A DNA stretch of 64,000 bases from Azolla caroliniana (lineage: Eukaryota > Plantae > Polypodiophyta). Position numbers and translations under genes: made by a program. The notes below the pieces were generated by a model. It did no database searches, was not told where the DNA came from, and was given only the letters and a program-made list of their open reading frames with translations. Shown here piece after piece: positions 1 through 14,128 of this stretch (positions are counted from its first letter, which is position 1; every line of letters begins with the position of its first letter). The stretch is taken from assembly GCA_043228905.1 (NCBI GenBank), contig JBHGNT010000006.1:2914001-2978000 (forward strand), in the 5' to 3' direction.

Positions 1-249
1 GCAACCAAAACTCCTAACTAAATGTGTCAAAAGAATAAAATGTGATGATGATGAAAGTTCAATATGTCTTTACCCCTCATTGGGACGAACAATATGTGAT
101 AAACTAACAACAAAATGTACAAAAGTCTTTGATTCTAACACTAACACAATCTTTTATAACTAAACTAAGTGGTCAATATCACATGTTATAACTCCATCCC
201 TAGATCTTGTACTTTTTCTCACAATGTAACAAACTCTATGAGAAAAACA

Positions 250-780
250 ATGCATAGGAACAATGTTTTTTATTCTAAACATAGAAAGCAAACAAATCAT
301 GTTTCGTTGAGATGCAAGGGAATGAATTAGCACAATTTTGTGGGATCCATTATCTCAACTTACTTCTAGTGTTTGGTTGGAAAGGCATTGAAGGTGAAGC
401 CTTAAAAAGGGTCATTGACTATGACATTAACATGGTTGACGGTGTTTAGTTGCAAAAGGCTTTCTAGAAAAAAAACCTAGACCAAGATGTTTCTTCGAAG
501 AAGAGATCCCAAATTTGTTCCATTGGAACACCAATCATGTGTATAGTCTTTCCTAACAATCAACTTGAGATTGAGATTGAGATTGATATTCGGCCACTTG
601 TAGCTGTCTAAGGAGGAAAATAACATCTCATATTGGAAACTAATTCTAAGTTGGGCATAAATATAGGAAGAAACACCACATTCTATCTTAAAGAAATTTA
701 ATGGTTTAACTAATTTAGCAATGGTAGAACTCTTCACGTTTTTAATAAGAGCAACACCTTTTGAATACATATATAATTTT
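250..780 (-). mobile_element. Possible highly degenerate LTR-retrotransposon integrase relic
   Basis: The 477-770 ORF (GVALIKNVKSSTIAKL...) loosely resembles an rve integrase core. No catalytic motifs are intact. Confidence 0.25.
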
Positions 781-1424
781 ATTTTTGGGTTGTATTATTA
801 TTTCACCCTCGATTTCAACCCCAATTTTGCGAGTTAAATTCCATTGATTAGATATTTTATGAATGAGGTCGTATAGATGGTCTTAACAACGTTTTTGTCA
901 TTTTGTTCTAGCCTGCTTGACCATTACATAGTATGTATGATTTGGTGCTTGGGCTCAATTCAAGATCTATCACAGAGAGGACCCTTATCTATATATGCAT
1001 TTTTAAGTGCACCTACCCAAATTATATCGAGTGATGTATCAGTACATCGCAAAAACCCTTGACATTATTTTCTTAATAATACATTTTAGATGTCTTGCTA
1101 CGCAAGAAAGACCTTGGAACTAAAGACTCGTCACAATGCACTTTCATATCAAGACTTCTTCTCGATGGTGATAGAGCAACATGACTTACGAGAATCCTGA
1201 GATACTAGCTATGTATGGTGATTTGGAGAGGAGGATCGAAAGATAGATATGTTTTCGACGTCCATGGAAGACTCATTGAGATCAATGAGATAGGGCCTAG
1301 GTCCGATGGGGAGGAAGGGCTTGGTCATGTTTAAGTACAGTTTTGGACATTATATCTCAGAACCATGAAAGAAACCTCGAAAGCAAGGTGGAGATGATAT
1401 GGCCATCACCATCGCACCACCACC

Positions 1425-1462
1425 TACATACACACACATACGTACATCCATACACATGACAT

Positions 1463-1500
<38 letters not shown>

Positions 1501-1582
1501 TCATACAAATATCCATACATATGCATACTTCCATCCATCCAACCTTACATATATGTATACATACATACATACATACATACAT

Positions 1583-1613
<31 letters not shown>

Positions 1614-1803
1614 TACATACATACATACATACATACATACATACATACATACATACATACATACATACATACATACATACACACACACATACATACATAC
1701 ATACATACATACATGATACATACACACACACACACACATACATACATACATACATGATACATATGTACATGCATGCATGCATACATACATACATACATAC
1801 ACG
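1425..1803. repeat. Compound (CA)n/(TACA)n microsatellite
   Basis: Directly visible; it generates the spurious HT/YIHT/CVCM ORFs. Confidence 0.97.
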
Positions 1804-1897
1804 CGTAGTTACTGCTACATGTTGAAATTTTCTTCTCCAAATTCCTAGCAACATTTTGAAAAAGCTGCGTCAGGGCTCAGAACAGAGGACTCTGGTT

Positions 1898-1937
<40 letters not shown>

Positions 1938-2177
1938 AAGACACACAATCAGAGGATTAGGGTTTGGTTTTTTCTTTTTCTTTTTTATCATTCTGGATGA
2001 AAGAGCAGATGCTGGGCGATTAAAAATCAGGATTTTCTTCACTGGTAGTGGTAAGCTGAGAGAGACAGAGAGATAGATTCTAGAGAGAGAGAGACACACA
2101 CAGAGCGAGAGTGAGAGGGGCTTCTTTGCCAGCGAAATACTTGATGCCTTCGGAACAACGTGCAGTGTGGGTTTACT

Positions 2178-2217
<40 letters not shown>

Positions 2218-2218
2218 G
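1898..2218. repeat. (GA)n tracts upstream of the ANKRD13-like gene (probable promoter or 5'UTR)
   Basis: GA runs at 1898-1940, 2059-2115 and 2182-2213. Confidence 0.85.
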
Positions 2219-2640
2219 AGATTGATTCATTGTTTATTGTTTTGGGCAAAGAGATCCATTTTAGAGCTTCTTTGATAGATCCGTGGCAACTTTGAACGGA
2301 GAACAGAGAGCAGATCATATACAGAGAAAGTATTGATCCTACATCCGGCTTCATTTTCAAAACCTGATCGAAGCCTGCTGTAGGTTATCTTTTACACCTA
2401 TTTTAGGTCTTTTCCTTGGCTGTTTTCCGCAGTGGATTTTAGGATGTTATAGGGTTTTGTAGATCTTCCTGTAGTATATTTTGCAGGGTTCTCATGTGTT
2501 ATCCCTAGTAGGATTTAGGTTTGTTTCAGATTCCAAATGCTCTATAATCAATGCCTCTGCTGATCATTGTCGGGATTTGATCCCGTGACCTTATCCTCTC
2601 AATATCAAATTTGATATTAAACCAACAAAACAGAGTCGGC

Positions 2641-4834
2641 ATGACCAATTCATATAAACTCTCTTTAGAGGAGATCGAGCAATTCAAGCATAGTCCTGTG
2701 CACTATGCAATAGCTCGACAAGACCATTCTACACTGAGACAGGTTTTGTCAGCACTACCTGTCTTACCAAAAGCTGGACAAGTAAAAACTGAAGATGAAT
2801 CTGCCATTTGGGAAGAGTCTGCGGAAAGGCTTTCGGCCACAATCGACCGAAGAGATGTACCAAGGCGGGAAACACCCTTACACTTAGCTGTCCGCCTCTC
2901 GGACCCTGTTTCTGTTGAATTGCTTATGACATCTGGTGCCGACTGGAGCCTCCAAAATGAACATGGTTGGAGTGCCCTCCAAGAAGCCATTTGTGCACGA
3001 GAAGAACAAATCGCTATCATTATCACTAGACATTACCAACCTTTGGCTTGGGCTAAATGGTGCCGCCGCCTCCCCAGAATCACCGGTGCGATGCGACGCA
3101 TGAGAGATTTCTATATGGAAATCACCTTCAATTTTGAGAGTTCTGTCATACCCTTCATTAGCCGCATCGCACCCTCAGATACATACCGTATATGGAAGAG
3201 GGGCTCGAATCTAAGGGCTGATATGACCCTAGCTGGATTCGATGGATTTAAGATCCAACGGTCAGATCAAACCTTCATGTTCCTCGGTGATGGAAGTGAA
3301 GATGGTAAAGTTGCCTCGGGATCTCTTCTCATGCTCACTCATAAAGATAAAGAGGTCACCAATGCACTGGAAGGTGCTGGTGCCCAGCCCTCGGAAGCTG
3401 AAATCGCACAGGAAGTTGCGATCATGTCACAAACCAATATGTATCGCCCTGGGATAGATGTTACAGAGGCAGAGTTGTTCCCTCAATTATCGTGGAGAAG
3501 ACAAGAGAAGGCAGAAATGGTAGGGCCATGGAAAGCTAAGGTTTATGACATGCATCATGTTCATGTAAGTGTGAGGTCAAGACGGGTCCCGGGGGCAATG
3601 ACCGATGAAGAGCTTTTCGCAGCCGAGACCGACACTCAAGCTGAACAAGAAGATGATTATACGGACCTTTTAACTGAAGAGGAAAAGAGGCAGCTAGAGG
3701 ATGCTCTTGGGATGGATACACCAGAGGATGATGATGACAGCAATAACAATGGTTCCCGGCAAGATACACGTACCAGAAGTGATGCTGACCATGATAACAT
3801 GGGAAATAATGTATCATCATCAACTGCCATGTCTGAAAACGAACCGAATAGCTTGATGGGTGGTTCAGGAAACTCGAGCCGGGACCTAAAAAAACGCTGG
3901 TTTGGTTTTGGTAGCAAAAGCAAATCTGAGAAGAAACCCTCTCCATCATCCAGTAGGAGACTTGAAAGTAATGGTGATGTTATTAGATCATCGGATGTGA
4001 GCTTGATCACTGGAAATATGTCAAAACAGGCTTCAAAGGAATCATTTGACAGTGGTGGAGAGAATGCGAATGATGCCTGTGTGGATGGATCATTATCGAA
4101 AAAGGGAAAAGTGAAAAATGGTGGGAAAGTTAATGGAATGAAAGAAAAGCGAAGTCAACAAGTCTTGGTGAATTCCAATGGCAATCACGAGAGTGAATAT
4201 AAGAAGGGACTTAGGCCAGTGCTATGGCTGACACCGGATTTCCCTCTCAAAACGGAAGAGTTATTGCCACTCTTGGATATTTTGGCCAACAAAGTGAAAG
4301 CAGTTCGGCGTTTGCGAGAGTTGCTAACTACAAAACTACCGTTGGGCACTTTCCCGGTGAAGGTAACAGAAACCTAACTAGTGTCCATATGTAGATCTCT
4401 TTGAACTCAATCAAAGCCCCCAAAAAGCTTATTTAATAGTCTTTGATGATCAATTTTAGGTGGCAATTCCTATTATACCAACTATACGAGTTGTGGTGAC
4501 ATTCAATAAATTTGAAGAACTTGTGAATAGTGAAGAATTTAGTACACCACTTTCGAGCCCAGCGCACTTTCCGGAATCAAAAGACAAAGAGAATGAAACA
4601 ACTCAATCTTCATCAGGCTCATGGTTATCATGGATCCGGGGGTCACGAGATCAAGTCGGGAGTTCATCACTTGCGCAAGAAGATTGTGCAGAAGACATAG
4701 ACCCGTTTGTCATCCCTAGTGACTATACATGGATTGACATGAAAGAGAAGAAAAAGCGGTTGAAAGCCAAGAAAGCTAAAAGCAAGAAGCCCAAAAAGCC
4801 AGTGAAATCAACAGATGGAGAGGGCAATGAATGA
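2641..4834 (+). CDS. Ankyrin repeat domain-containing protein 13 (ANKRD13)-like, with GPCR-chaperone domain; 2 exons (2641-4362, 4460-4834)
   Basis: Ankyrin motifs (RETPLHLAVRL, ADWSLQNEHGWSALQEA) and family motifs (DFYMEITFNFESSVIPF, LRADMTLAGFDG, KAVRRLRELLTTKLPLGTFPVK|VAIPIIPTIRVVVTF). A GT..AG intron at 4363-4459 joins the exons in frame. First ATG is 2641; the ORF-track start at 2611 is TTG. Confidence 0.92.
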
Positions 4835-7800
4835 TTGGAAATTGCATTTGTGCTGGACTTTTCTTTGGCATTCCATTCTGGTATGGAAACCGGACTTCAT
4901 GTTCAAAAGCTAGATAGCAACATTTCTTATAGCATCAATGCCCAGAGCTGAAAGTATGCAGGGAAGAATATGTTTGCTGATTTCTTGGCATGTGGAGGTA
5001 TGCTTTTCATTTTGGTGAATTTGGAAGTAATTCACAATTATTTGTCTTTGAAAGGAAAGGGAAGAAATTAGTTTATATGTAGCATAATGAATGCAAATGA
5101 AGTGAAAACACTTGCAAAAAGATGCATACTTATATCATAAAATATATCTTTGAATTGATTAAATTTGCTATATTTGATGTCCACGAGTTTATTTTGTTTT
5201 GGACACAAACAGCCATCTTATGTTCTTTGTTACAAAAGCGTACATAGTCAATCTTGATCCTTACAACCACATGAACACTTTAATTTTGTTATCGGATGTG
5301 ATTAGAGGTTGTCGTGTTTGATCCATGTTTCCCATGACCACAATGGTGTCTATGGAGACAATAAAAAAAGATGGAGAAAAGTACTTCGAAGGTGGATAAG
5401 GATGGTAAGGTTGACAATCATTCATGGTCTTGGTATGGTCGATTTGTCAAGTTGACAAAAACTGAATAGCAAGAGTATATGTAAAATGACTTTCATAAGT
5501 TTCCAGAAAGTGCTAATATTCTTACTTAGTGATCTTATACCTTTATTGCTTTAGGCCAGCAACAAATATACCTACAAATGGTAATAGTAGAAAACCCCAA
5601 TCAAGGTATAAATGAATGTATGTGCAAAGAGAGCTTAACATTGATTGGGATATGTAATGAGTGAAGTCCAAGTAGATATGTGATCAATCTAAATGATGAA
5701 TATTGGTTGTGAAGTGTCTTTAACAATTTCGGATGAGTTTATTCATAAGTATGCTAATAAAATTATTGAAATTATAGGGTGTCTCATCACCAACGCAGTG
5801 AGACTAGGCTGTAAAGATTATGTGCTGGGTTGATCAACAGACCCAACTACATATCATGGAAGGGCAAAATACAATCTGTAGATGTTAGTTCATTCTGAAA
5901 ATTCGTTCTGTTAGAAATCTAAAGAGCTAGTCATAAATGTCTCCTTTGACGTATTTTTTTTCAACCTATCTCAGAATAATGAAATGCCGATGCAATGTTT
6001 GAACCTTCAACAATATATGGAAACATTATGAAAGGAATATGCAAATAGATTAAAGTGCAATGGGCAACCAGAATGAAAGCAAATTTTTAGCACCAAATTC
6101 CAGTCATTGTTAATAATGAAAATAGATGACAATCCAATCAAGAGGATGTGATGGATTAAGAGCATCCACCTTTGGTGGACTGAACAAACTATCTCAACAC
6201 CATATTGTGAATGGATCATAATTAAACTAGTGATTGCATGATGAAAACTAGTCATTTGAAGTAGTTCAACTTGAGTGCCCCTCTTCCCATCTTGAATTTT
6301 CCATCAAACCCTTTTGCCAACTTGATCTACAACACCACCAATACATGAACAGGTTATAACATTCATTCTACTCCACGTGGATGATTGTGTGAAAATGACG
6401 AGAACTAAATGATGGTTTGTCATGCATTAACTTCATATACTACATTAATTTGTAATAATTTGTAATAATTTGCACATGTTTAAAATATCATAAAACATGC
6501 ATTGAATAACCATAAAATCACACACATATAATATCGTATGTGATAACTTTATGTAGCAAGTGAACGTAGATAACTTTATATTATATCGTTCGGAGAAATC
6601 ATTGTGATAATACTTAATAAGGATGAGAAGACAACAAAAACAAATAGAGGCATTATCAAACATTGCACTAAAGCTACTAGTTCAATGCAACGCCAAAGAT
6701 AACCAACAATTGTTTTCTAAAACGCATTTTGCTAAGAGGGAATTCACATCCCTTATGATGTTAATGTTTCCCATTCTTATTTGTGAAGGTTTGATATCAA
6801 ATTTGAGGGGGAGGAATTGAAATACATTTTGTAGAGGAATTGACAATTGTTACGACGATCTCATTTCTCACTCTTATAGAAATGTATAGGAAATCCACAT
6901 CCCCTATATTGCTAATATTTCTCACACTTAATGCAGCCTAATGTTCAATATCAAAAGTGTAGGAAATATGCTTCCTTCGACCTATATTGCTTAGTATGAT
7001 GTCTTATCTAACCTTCTACACTTTTGGCCTATTGGGGTGAGATGCTCACACATCTTCTCTTATTGAACCCATACTCCTCTATGTGTAAATAACCTTTGTA
7101 AATAAAGGAGACATAATCTTGTATGATGAACTCACATGATATGCGTTGGTAATTTGTAGCCTAAGGTAAATGTAAACGCATAATAAAAGAAACAAGGCCA
7201 TAACAGACTACATGGGTTAAACAAAAATGGAAATACAATATAAAAAATTTAAGTGGGGAAGATTTGTGTGCATTAAAGACATATTGATCAAAAGGACTAG
7301 TGTTGGAGTACCAAGTGACAAGTGACGGTGAGTCAAGGGAGGGGAGATTAATAAGTCGTGATGAATCACATAATTCAAAAGGTTTACTCTCACAAACCCA
7401 TAAATGTGCACAAAAGAAAAAACCTACACTTCATATAAGGTTATATTTGTCTTGTCATTCCTTTATACCGCATGTGGAAACCTATTCATCTAGGAAGCTT
7501 TTAGTTATGTGTGGTCTTGCTTTTTGGCAGACTCAAAAATCAATTCACATTTGTCGATTTGGACATTAATCCTTCGAGCCTCGTCTTGTTGTTTTCTGTT
7601 TGTCTAGAAATTATAGCTAATGTAAATATATTATGAATTAAGATTTTTATATTTACTCAAAAAGGCAAAAATGGTTAACTTTTAGTATGCATTAACAATT
7701 ATGTGCATTAGCATAATAAGAGATTAAGTGCATGTGAAATCTTAATTGATCCATTTATCATAGGCAAAGAACGTCAAAAACACTAACATCATATACATGT

Positions 7801-8239
7801 ATATGAGTAAGTTTTGGTACGATGGATAAACCCAAACTTGTAGTGATGCTTGAACAAGATTACTCATATTGTACATTTAATACAACTGGTTTTCATATGT
7901 ATAGAAAAATTTCAAAACATATAATACTCAAAAGAGTAAATAGGACATAGATAGTTTATTAACACTTGTGTAGGCCCAAGGACTTGACATTCTTAATGCA
8001 CGAGGAGACATCTCATAATGCACAAGGAGACACAACAACATTGTCAAGGAAATGTAACAACATCGTCTTTGCAAAAAGAGAAAAAATAAGGACCTATGAT
8101 AAGGTCAATAAATATAAAGTTGTAGTGCTAAACAAGTTTTTGCCATGTGCTTGTTAGTTCTTGCCAAGTAACAAAAATCAATTCCTCTAAATGTAAATCC
8201 CTAGATATTTCCTCACTAATCAATATCCTTTCCCTACTT

Positions 8240-9749
8240 TTTTCCAAAACAATATTTTTCATTAGTATAAAATCTTCATACATGAGAAAATGATTAGTCT
8301 GACAACATTGCAAAAGCTGTGGCCATGATAGGCCAATAAAAAACTCAAAGACTCAAAGTAGAAGACTACAAAGAACGGTGGACACACGTACATGACTCTT
8401 CTTCCCATCTCATGTGATCATTGGCTAAGACCCAATGTTCCTCCATCTTCTTCCATTCTCGCATGCTGATCAGCATACAAATAAACGAAATTGCTTCTTA
8501 CATCCACAACAACCATCTCGCCTTCTCGCGAATCGGCACCAAAATTTGGCTTGCCATGTCCTTGATTTCCTTCCATCAAGCATCCTGCCATATAGACCAC
8601 AAACAAATTAATGTAAAAAAACCCTCACCAACTCATGATAATATGCTTCTTCAACCCCCACACCATCTACACTCCTCCTTATCACTCATAAGAAAATTGC
8701 TTCTTACATCCACAACAACCATCTTGCCTTATCGCTAATTGGCACCCAATTTTGGCTTGCCATGTCCTTGATTTTCACCAACATCATTTATCCTGACAAA
8801 AAGATCAACGGTCATCTATATTATATCATGTTATTTCTACTAAAGATGGTGCTGGTGGCGGGAATAACCATCGAGGCGGTACATAGTTCCACTTGACATC
8901 TGTGGCTTCATTCAACATAATAGGTATAGACGACCAAACTTTACGAATTCTCATTCTTTTCTTATTAGTTGTGTGTCCAAAACCCTTATAACTATCATAT
9001 TCACCTTGAATTGTATGTACCAATAAGTTCCAAAAGGACTTAACCTGATCCATGATGTGAGTGTTTTCATCATTGTATAGCTTGGAGCACTTAGCTTTCC
9101 AAAGAATCCATAAAGCCAAAGAGGAGACAATTTGCTAGACGTGACTCCGGGAGAAAAACTTGATTCCATGCAATGAAGTTAAAGTATAGTCTACCTGCAA
9201 ACTTGTGACACCTAATGACAAAGAAGAGTAATGTTGATGATAGAAAGTCATTTGTTGATCTAACCTTCCCCATAAGACTGCACCCCACGTAAAAATCCTT
9301 GACCTATACTTACGACCTAGTAGCCTAAGAATTCTAAACCAAAACTTTTTTGCGACAACACATTCCCAAAATACATGATGCAATGACTCACTTGCATAAC
9401 CACACATAACACACGACCGATTAGTTACAAATCCCCTCATCAAATCACCTACTGGCAACGCATAATGAATCATCAACCAACGAAAGTGTAATATCTTGTT
9501 CATACATTTAATTGACCAAAAGTGTTTCCAAAACATCATCATCTGAGAAGATGATACATTACCTTCGTCCCAATACTTTTTTCCCGCAGGTATTGACTCA
9601 ATTTAACACAACATAAAGTTTCTCCCGAACGCCACCGAATATGTGAAGAATGGCAGGACCTTAGTGGAATTATTAGGCATGGACAATTTCCAACCATAAT
9701 CCGCAGGATCCCACTGCAGATCCACAAGTGGTCTAGCGTGTACAACCCA
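8240..9749 (-). mobile_element. 5'-truncated LINE (ORF2 C-terminus and 3'UTR), same clade as the 39046 element
   Basis: 18-bp TSD AATATCCTTTCCCTACTT at 8222-8239 and 9750-9767; absent from block B. Encodes DLQWDP..PFFTYS, zf-RVT CVMC..ESLHHVFWEC and WNYVPPRWLF. Confidence 0.88.
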
Positions 9750-11257
9750 AATATCCTTTCCCTACTTATCTACATGTTTGTAATGTACTTGATTCTTAAT
9801 ATTGTTTTCATTCATGATAGTTCCTATAATGAGGAACTAAAGTCTAATACCCCCTTCTCCCTTGCTTATTCTAGTTGACAATATTGTGGCGTCCAAGTGT
9901 CACCCTTGACGTAAAAGCAAGTTAAAACTCATTATCAAAGAACAATTTCTTTTTAGGACCGAATATCAACATCGACAAGGCAACATGTTGATCATCAAAT
10001 TGACCAACTTGGTTCCTTCCAATGTCCCCATACATTTTGGCAAGAGAAAATTACCAATGGCAACCTATCAATGGATTTCTATATGTCCCTTCTATCTATT
10101 ATGTTCATAATTTTCGACTGGATTGACGCTAGGTAGAGGGTGCCCGGCACTTGATGGCCTTCCAACATATGTTGCACATTGCCTCACGAGAGGGGATGGA
10201 CATACGTATGTGAATATGAGTTCCAAACAATTGACATAGTGGGTGTAGACAACACATACATAATGTGTAGGTGGGAGAATTTTTAATGAGACCTTATCAC
10301 TAGTTTGTAATTAATGAAAAAGCTAAGGCTGATCTAACAATCAATGCAATCAGTAATAATGAGTTGTTTTAATGAATGCACTTCTTCTTTTTACAACCCA
10401 CAATGGTTTATGCATCACTACTTTGGTATCCATTGGGCATGGGGCAAAGTCCTATATGTTCAAATCAAATCAACTCACACCATCTTAAATTTGTCTATGC
10501 GATGACATTATATGTCACATATAGTATTGGTCTTCTTCATACCAACTATATTGTCTAATCATTATAAACTAATTGTGTGGCTATTTTCGTATTCAATCAC
10601 AATCCAACATAACCACCCTCTTTGTCAAACTTTCCATGCCTACACCCAAAAAAACGCGAGTGGCAATAAAGTAAAGCCTTTATAGCAAAGTTTTTTTATT
10701 CAAAAGTCAAAAAACATTACTTTGCTTTGTGGATACTTTTGTTGTCTCGTTGATTACTATGAGTATTTTAGTATTCTTAGATATTGACACGTTGTCAAAT
10801 AAGTCATTGTGCTACATTGACATAATAAAATGTCTTATGTGAGATAAAATACTATATGTCCATGTTCTTACAATGTATGTTTCTCCCAAACCATTTGCCC
10901 TATGTTTCGTTGCTCCTAGCTTGGTATTCACATGGTTTTTCTATCATCATGTTCCATCATTTCAATACATAACATGGTCATAACTTATATGTTTGTCATC
11001 TTGGAGGCAAGTTCATAAGGTGAATTTAATGAAAGTCATTTTCTTGACTAGACCATTTTAAAATGATATTATCATCTTTATTCATAACTGCATTAATAAC
11101 TCCAATGTGAAATCAATGTGTGTCACTTTCTACATGTGTGTGTGTGTGTGTCCTAGGAGGGTCATGAGTCATGGTTCATCCTATTAGAATTCTTTACAAA
11201 TAATTTCAATATACATATGTATCTCTACCTGAATGTCTCCTCTCTCTCACTTTAATT

Positions 11258-11810
11258 ATTTTTTTCCAAAAAAAAACTACTTCCATAGTTAAGTCAATGT
11301 ACATAGGATAATATACAACTCATATCTTACAGGCCAACTTGCATGGCGAAAAAGAAAACAACATGTATAAAGGAATCATCAAAAAACTCCTAATCACCAC
11401 ATCATCCGCTAAGCATAGAATTACTCGGCCGCAATACCCTCAACGTGAGCCTCATATAACCCTAATTAAGGATAGACATCCTCCAATCTCTTCACGTGGC
11501 AGCACCCATCTATATGTTAGGTACACCCAGAGGGAACAACCACCGTGGTGGCTGATATATCAACTTTGCTTTGCCATCCACCATATGCAGCAGTGGAGAA
11601 CCTCTCCATTTCAAAAGGAAACAAGCTCTAGATTCTTTACTCGTGTTTGAGGACCCCTGAAGGCTTTCAAACGCTCCTTGTAACATAGAAATAAGATTAA
11701 ACCATATCATCATTAAACTCTCAACTGGTGGGGTTCGCTTACCTAAGAAAGTCTCCTTGCACCTAGATACCCACACTTGCCAAATTGTAAAATAATAGGT
11801 AAAACCCTAA
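11258..11810 (-). mobile_element. LINE 3' fragment
   Basis: Encodes IWFNLISMLQG..YQPPRWLF and ends in the shared 3' motif plus A-tail at ~11258-11292. The 5' boundary is approximate. Confidence 0.75.
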
Positions 11811-12902
11811 TGATCATTAAATCCGACTAAGAGTGCAAACATAATAAAAAAGAAACCATAATGTGAGACAACGAAACCACTCTACAAATAAGAGGAAAGA
11901 CATTAGGTTGACTATAATGTTGAGGTTGTGTGAACATTGGCCCAATAGCTTTAATTGAACATTGTGAAAAATCCCTTTCAAACTCCTACATCCTTGTTGG
12001 TGTGTGCAATTATAATTGGTAATGTTAATATCCATGGTGATATACAACCTTTTTGGTATACCCATGTCTTCACTTCTTCCACAACAACATCTAGCTTGAA
12101 TGCTCAAGGTTAGTGCATGGTATTAATACTACTTTGGTAACAAGCATTTCAATCGACATTGAACATTAGTCAATATAATTCTCACAAGATTTTGTTAGAC
12201 GTTTATAAAATATGGGGGTTTATCTAAAACACATCGAGGTTTAACTTAAACACATTGAGAGCCACCCCTACCTTGGTGTATGTTTTTGTTTTTACGGAAA
12301 AATATAATCATGATAGAGATAGAGGAACGATTATGAGGTATGTGGATAAGTTAATAAAACCATCATTGTTATTATTATTATTAGAATGCAAACTAAGAAT
12401 CAAGATATAGAGAAAGTCAAACCTTCGCGAGCCATGGATACATTGTTGAACACAAATAAATGATGAGCTTAGAAATCTCGAAGTTACCGATATTGAAATT
12501 TTTTTCTAATCTTTGCAATCTAATCACAAAGAGACAACACCAAACCTTATGGATTTAACATTTCATATAGAGATTTGTCCAAAAAAGACTTTTAATATCT
12601 ATCATGTGTTGAGCATCATGGTTCATGTATTGCCAAACTAAGCATTGTGGAGTAATGATTGCACATACCATGAAATCTAGGACTTCCCTTTTTAGCCTTG
12701 TTGATATGTAGTTTTGACACGAATGATCACTATGCCATATATAACTCTATCGTATGCATGTGACTTCAAACTCAAGGTATATTGAAAATATTTTCTACAA
12801 TGATAAGTGTGCCATATAAAGGGGAATGTTTACAATCTTGAACATAAAGTGGAGTATATTATGTTCAATTAATGGAAGATTTTCAAAGAATGGTGGTTTT
12901 GA

Positions 12903-12955
<53 letters not shown>

Positions 12956-14128
12956 TATATTAACATATTCTAAGACCAAATTTGGCCCATGAGACAATTG
13001 GTTTACAACAAAAATGGGGCATTTACTTATTCATCAAAAGTAAAAATAAATAATAAATAAAATAAAATAGAGCTTAGAGAGAGAGAGCAAGAATGCAAGG
13101 CACATATTCCTTATATTCACAAATGTTAAAGCCATTTAGCTTGTTATGGTGCAAACCTAGCCATTGTTATATGGGATAATTTTGTCCCATTGAAATCAAT
13201 GGGTTTTGAAAAACCTTTTATCATCAACTTTGTGTAGCCGGTGCGTATTCTACAATTAAAAGCATGAGAAATGGGTTCTAATTTTCTAGTCTCCGTGAAG
13301 TAACATAATACATACACAATCTAAACGGAAAATTGATTGGACAAATCTCAAAGGGAGGTTTGTGGGTACCTTATCCTCAGAGGAGTTACCTTTATATCAG
13401 CTACCCTTACCATACCTTTGTCATAAGATCGTCACGATTGTAGAGAGAACAAAGTTTTTTCACATTGTCATGTCTCAATGCATACACCTCTTTCATGAAA
13501 AGAAGAAGTAAGGATGAATTTTAATATTCCTCTCACAATAATTATGTAGCTTGAAAGGAATATGAATTTCACCATGTTGCACAAGAGCCTTGTCCTAAGA
13601 AGAGTTACCTCTTACAATTTCTCTTACACCACCACCTTAGAGGGTCCCAAGTTTTCTTGGCTACCCTAGAATACCGAATACATACTCAATTCTATGATAC
13701 AACCAAAATATACAATGCATAATTTTTTGGCTACCACTAGAATATGTGAGTGCATAAGAGAGAATGAGATGTCATATAGTCAGAGATGACATGTAAATAG
13801 CAACAAGTCCTTGCTACTAGCTTGAACATACAACACATCATCAATTCTTGGCTACAACTAGATTATACAATACGTAATCTTGGCTACCACTAACTATGGA
13901 TACATAATTCAATCTATTTTCGTATAGGCAACATCACATTCACAACCACAAGATCCAAGTTCTTTTATACAAATGCAAGTGAACCATTGAATTGTCACTA
14001 CTATTATCATGAAACGTTGGCTTTTAAATAAGTCACTTTTAAAACTTCTAAATAGAAGCTTTAACAACATTAACCTTAACCTTCTACTACTCTAAGCTTC
14101 ATTTATCCTTAATGTAATCTCAAAATCA

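Noticed and set aside
1350-1854. Many overlapping His/Thr/Tyr- or Cys/Val/Met-rich ORFs
   Set aside because: They are translations of the (CA)n/(TACA)n microsatellite.
5450-6450. Possible decayed retroelement coding sequence
   Set aside because: No diagnostic motif could be read in any frame, so it cannot be supported without a search.
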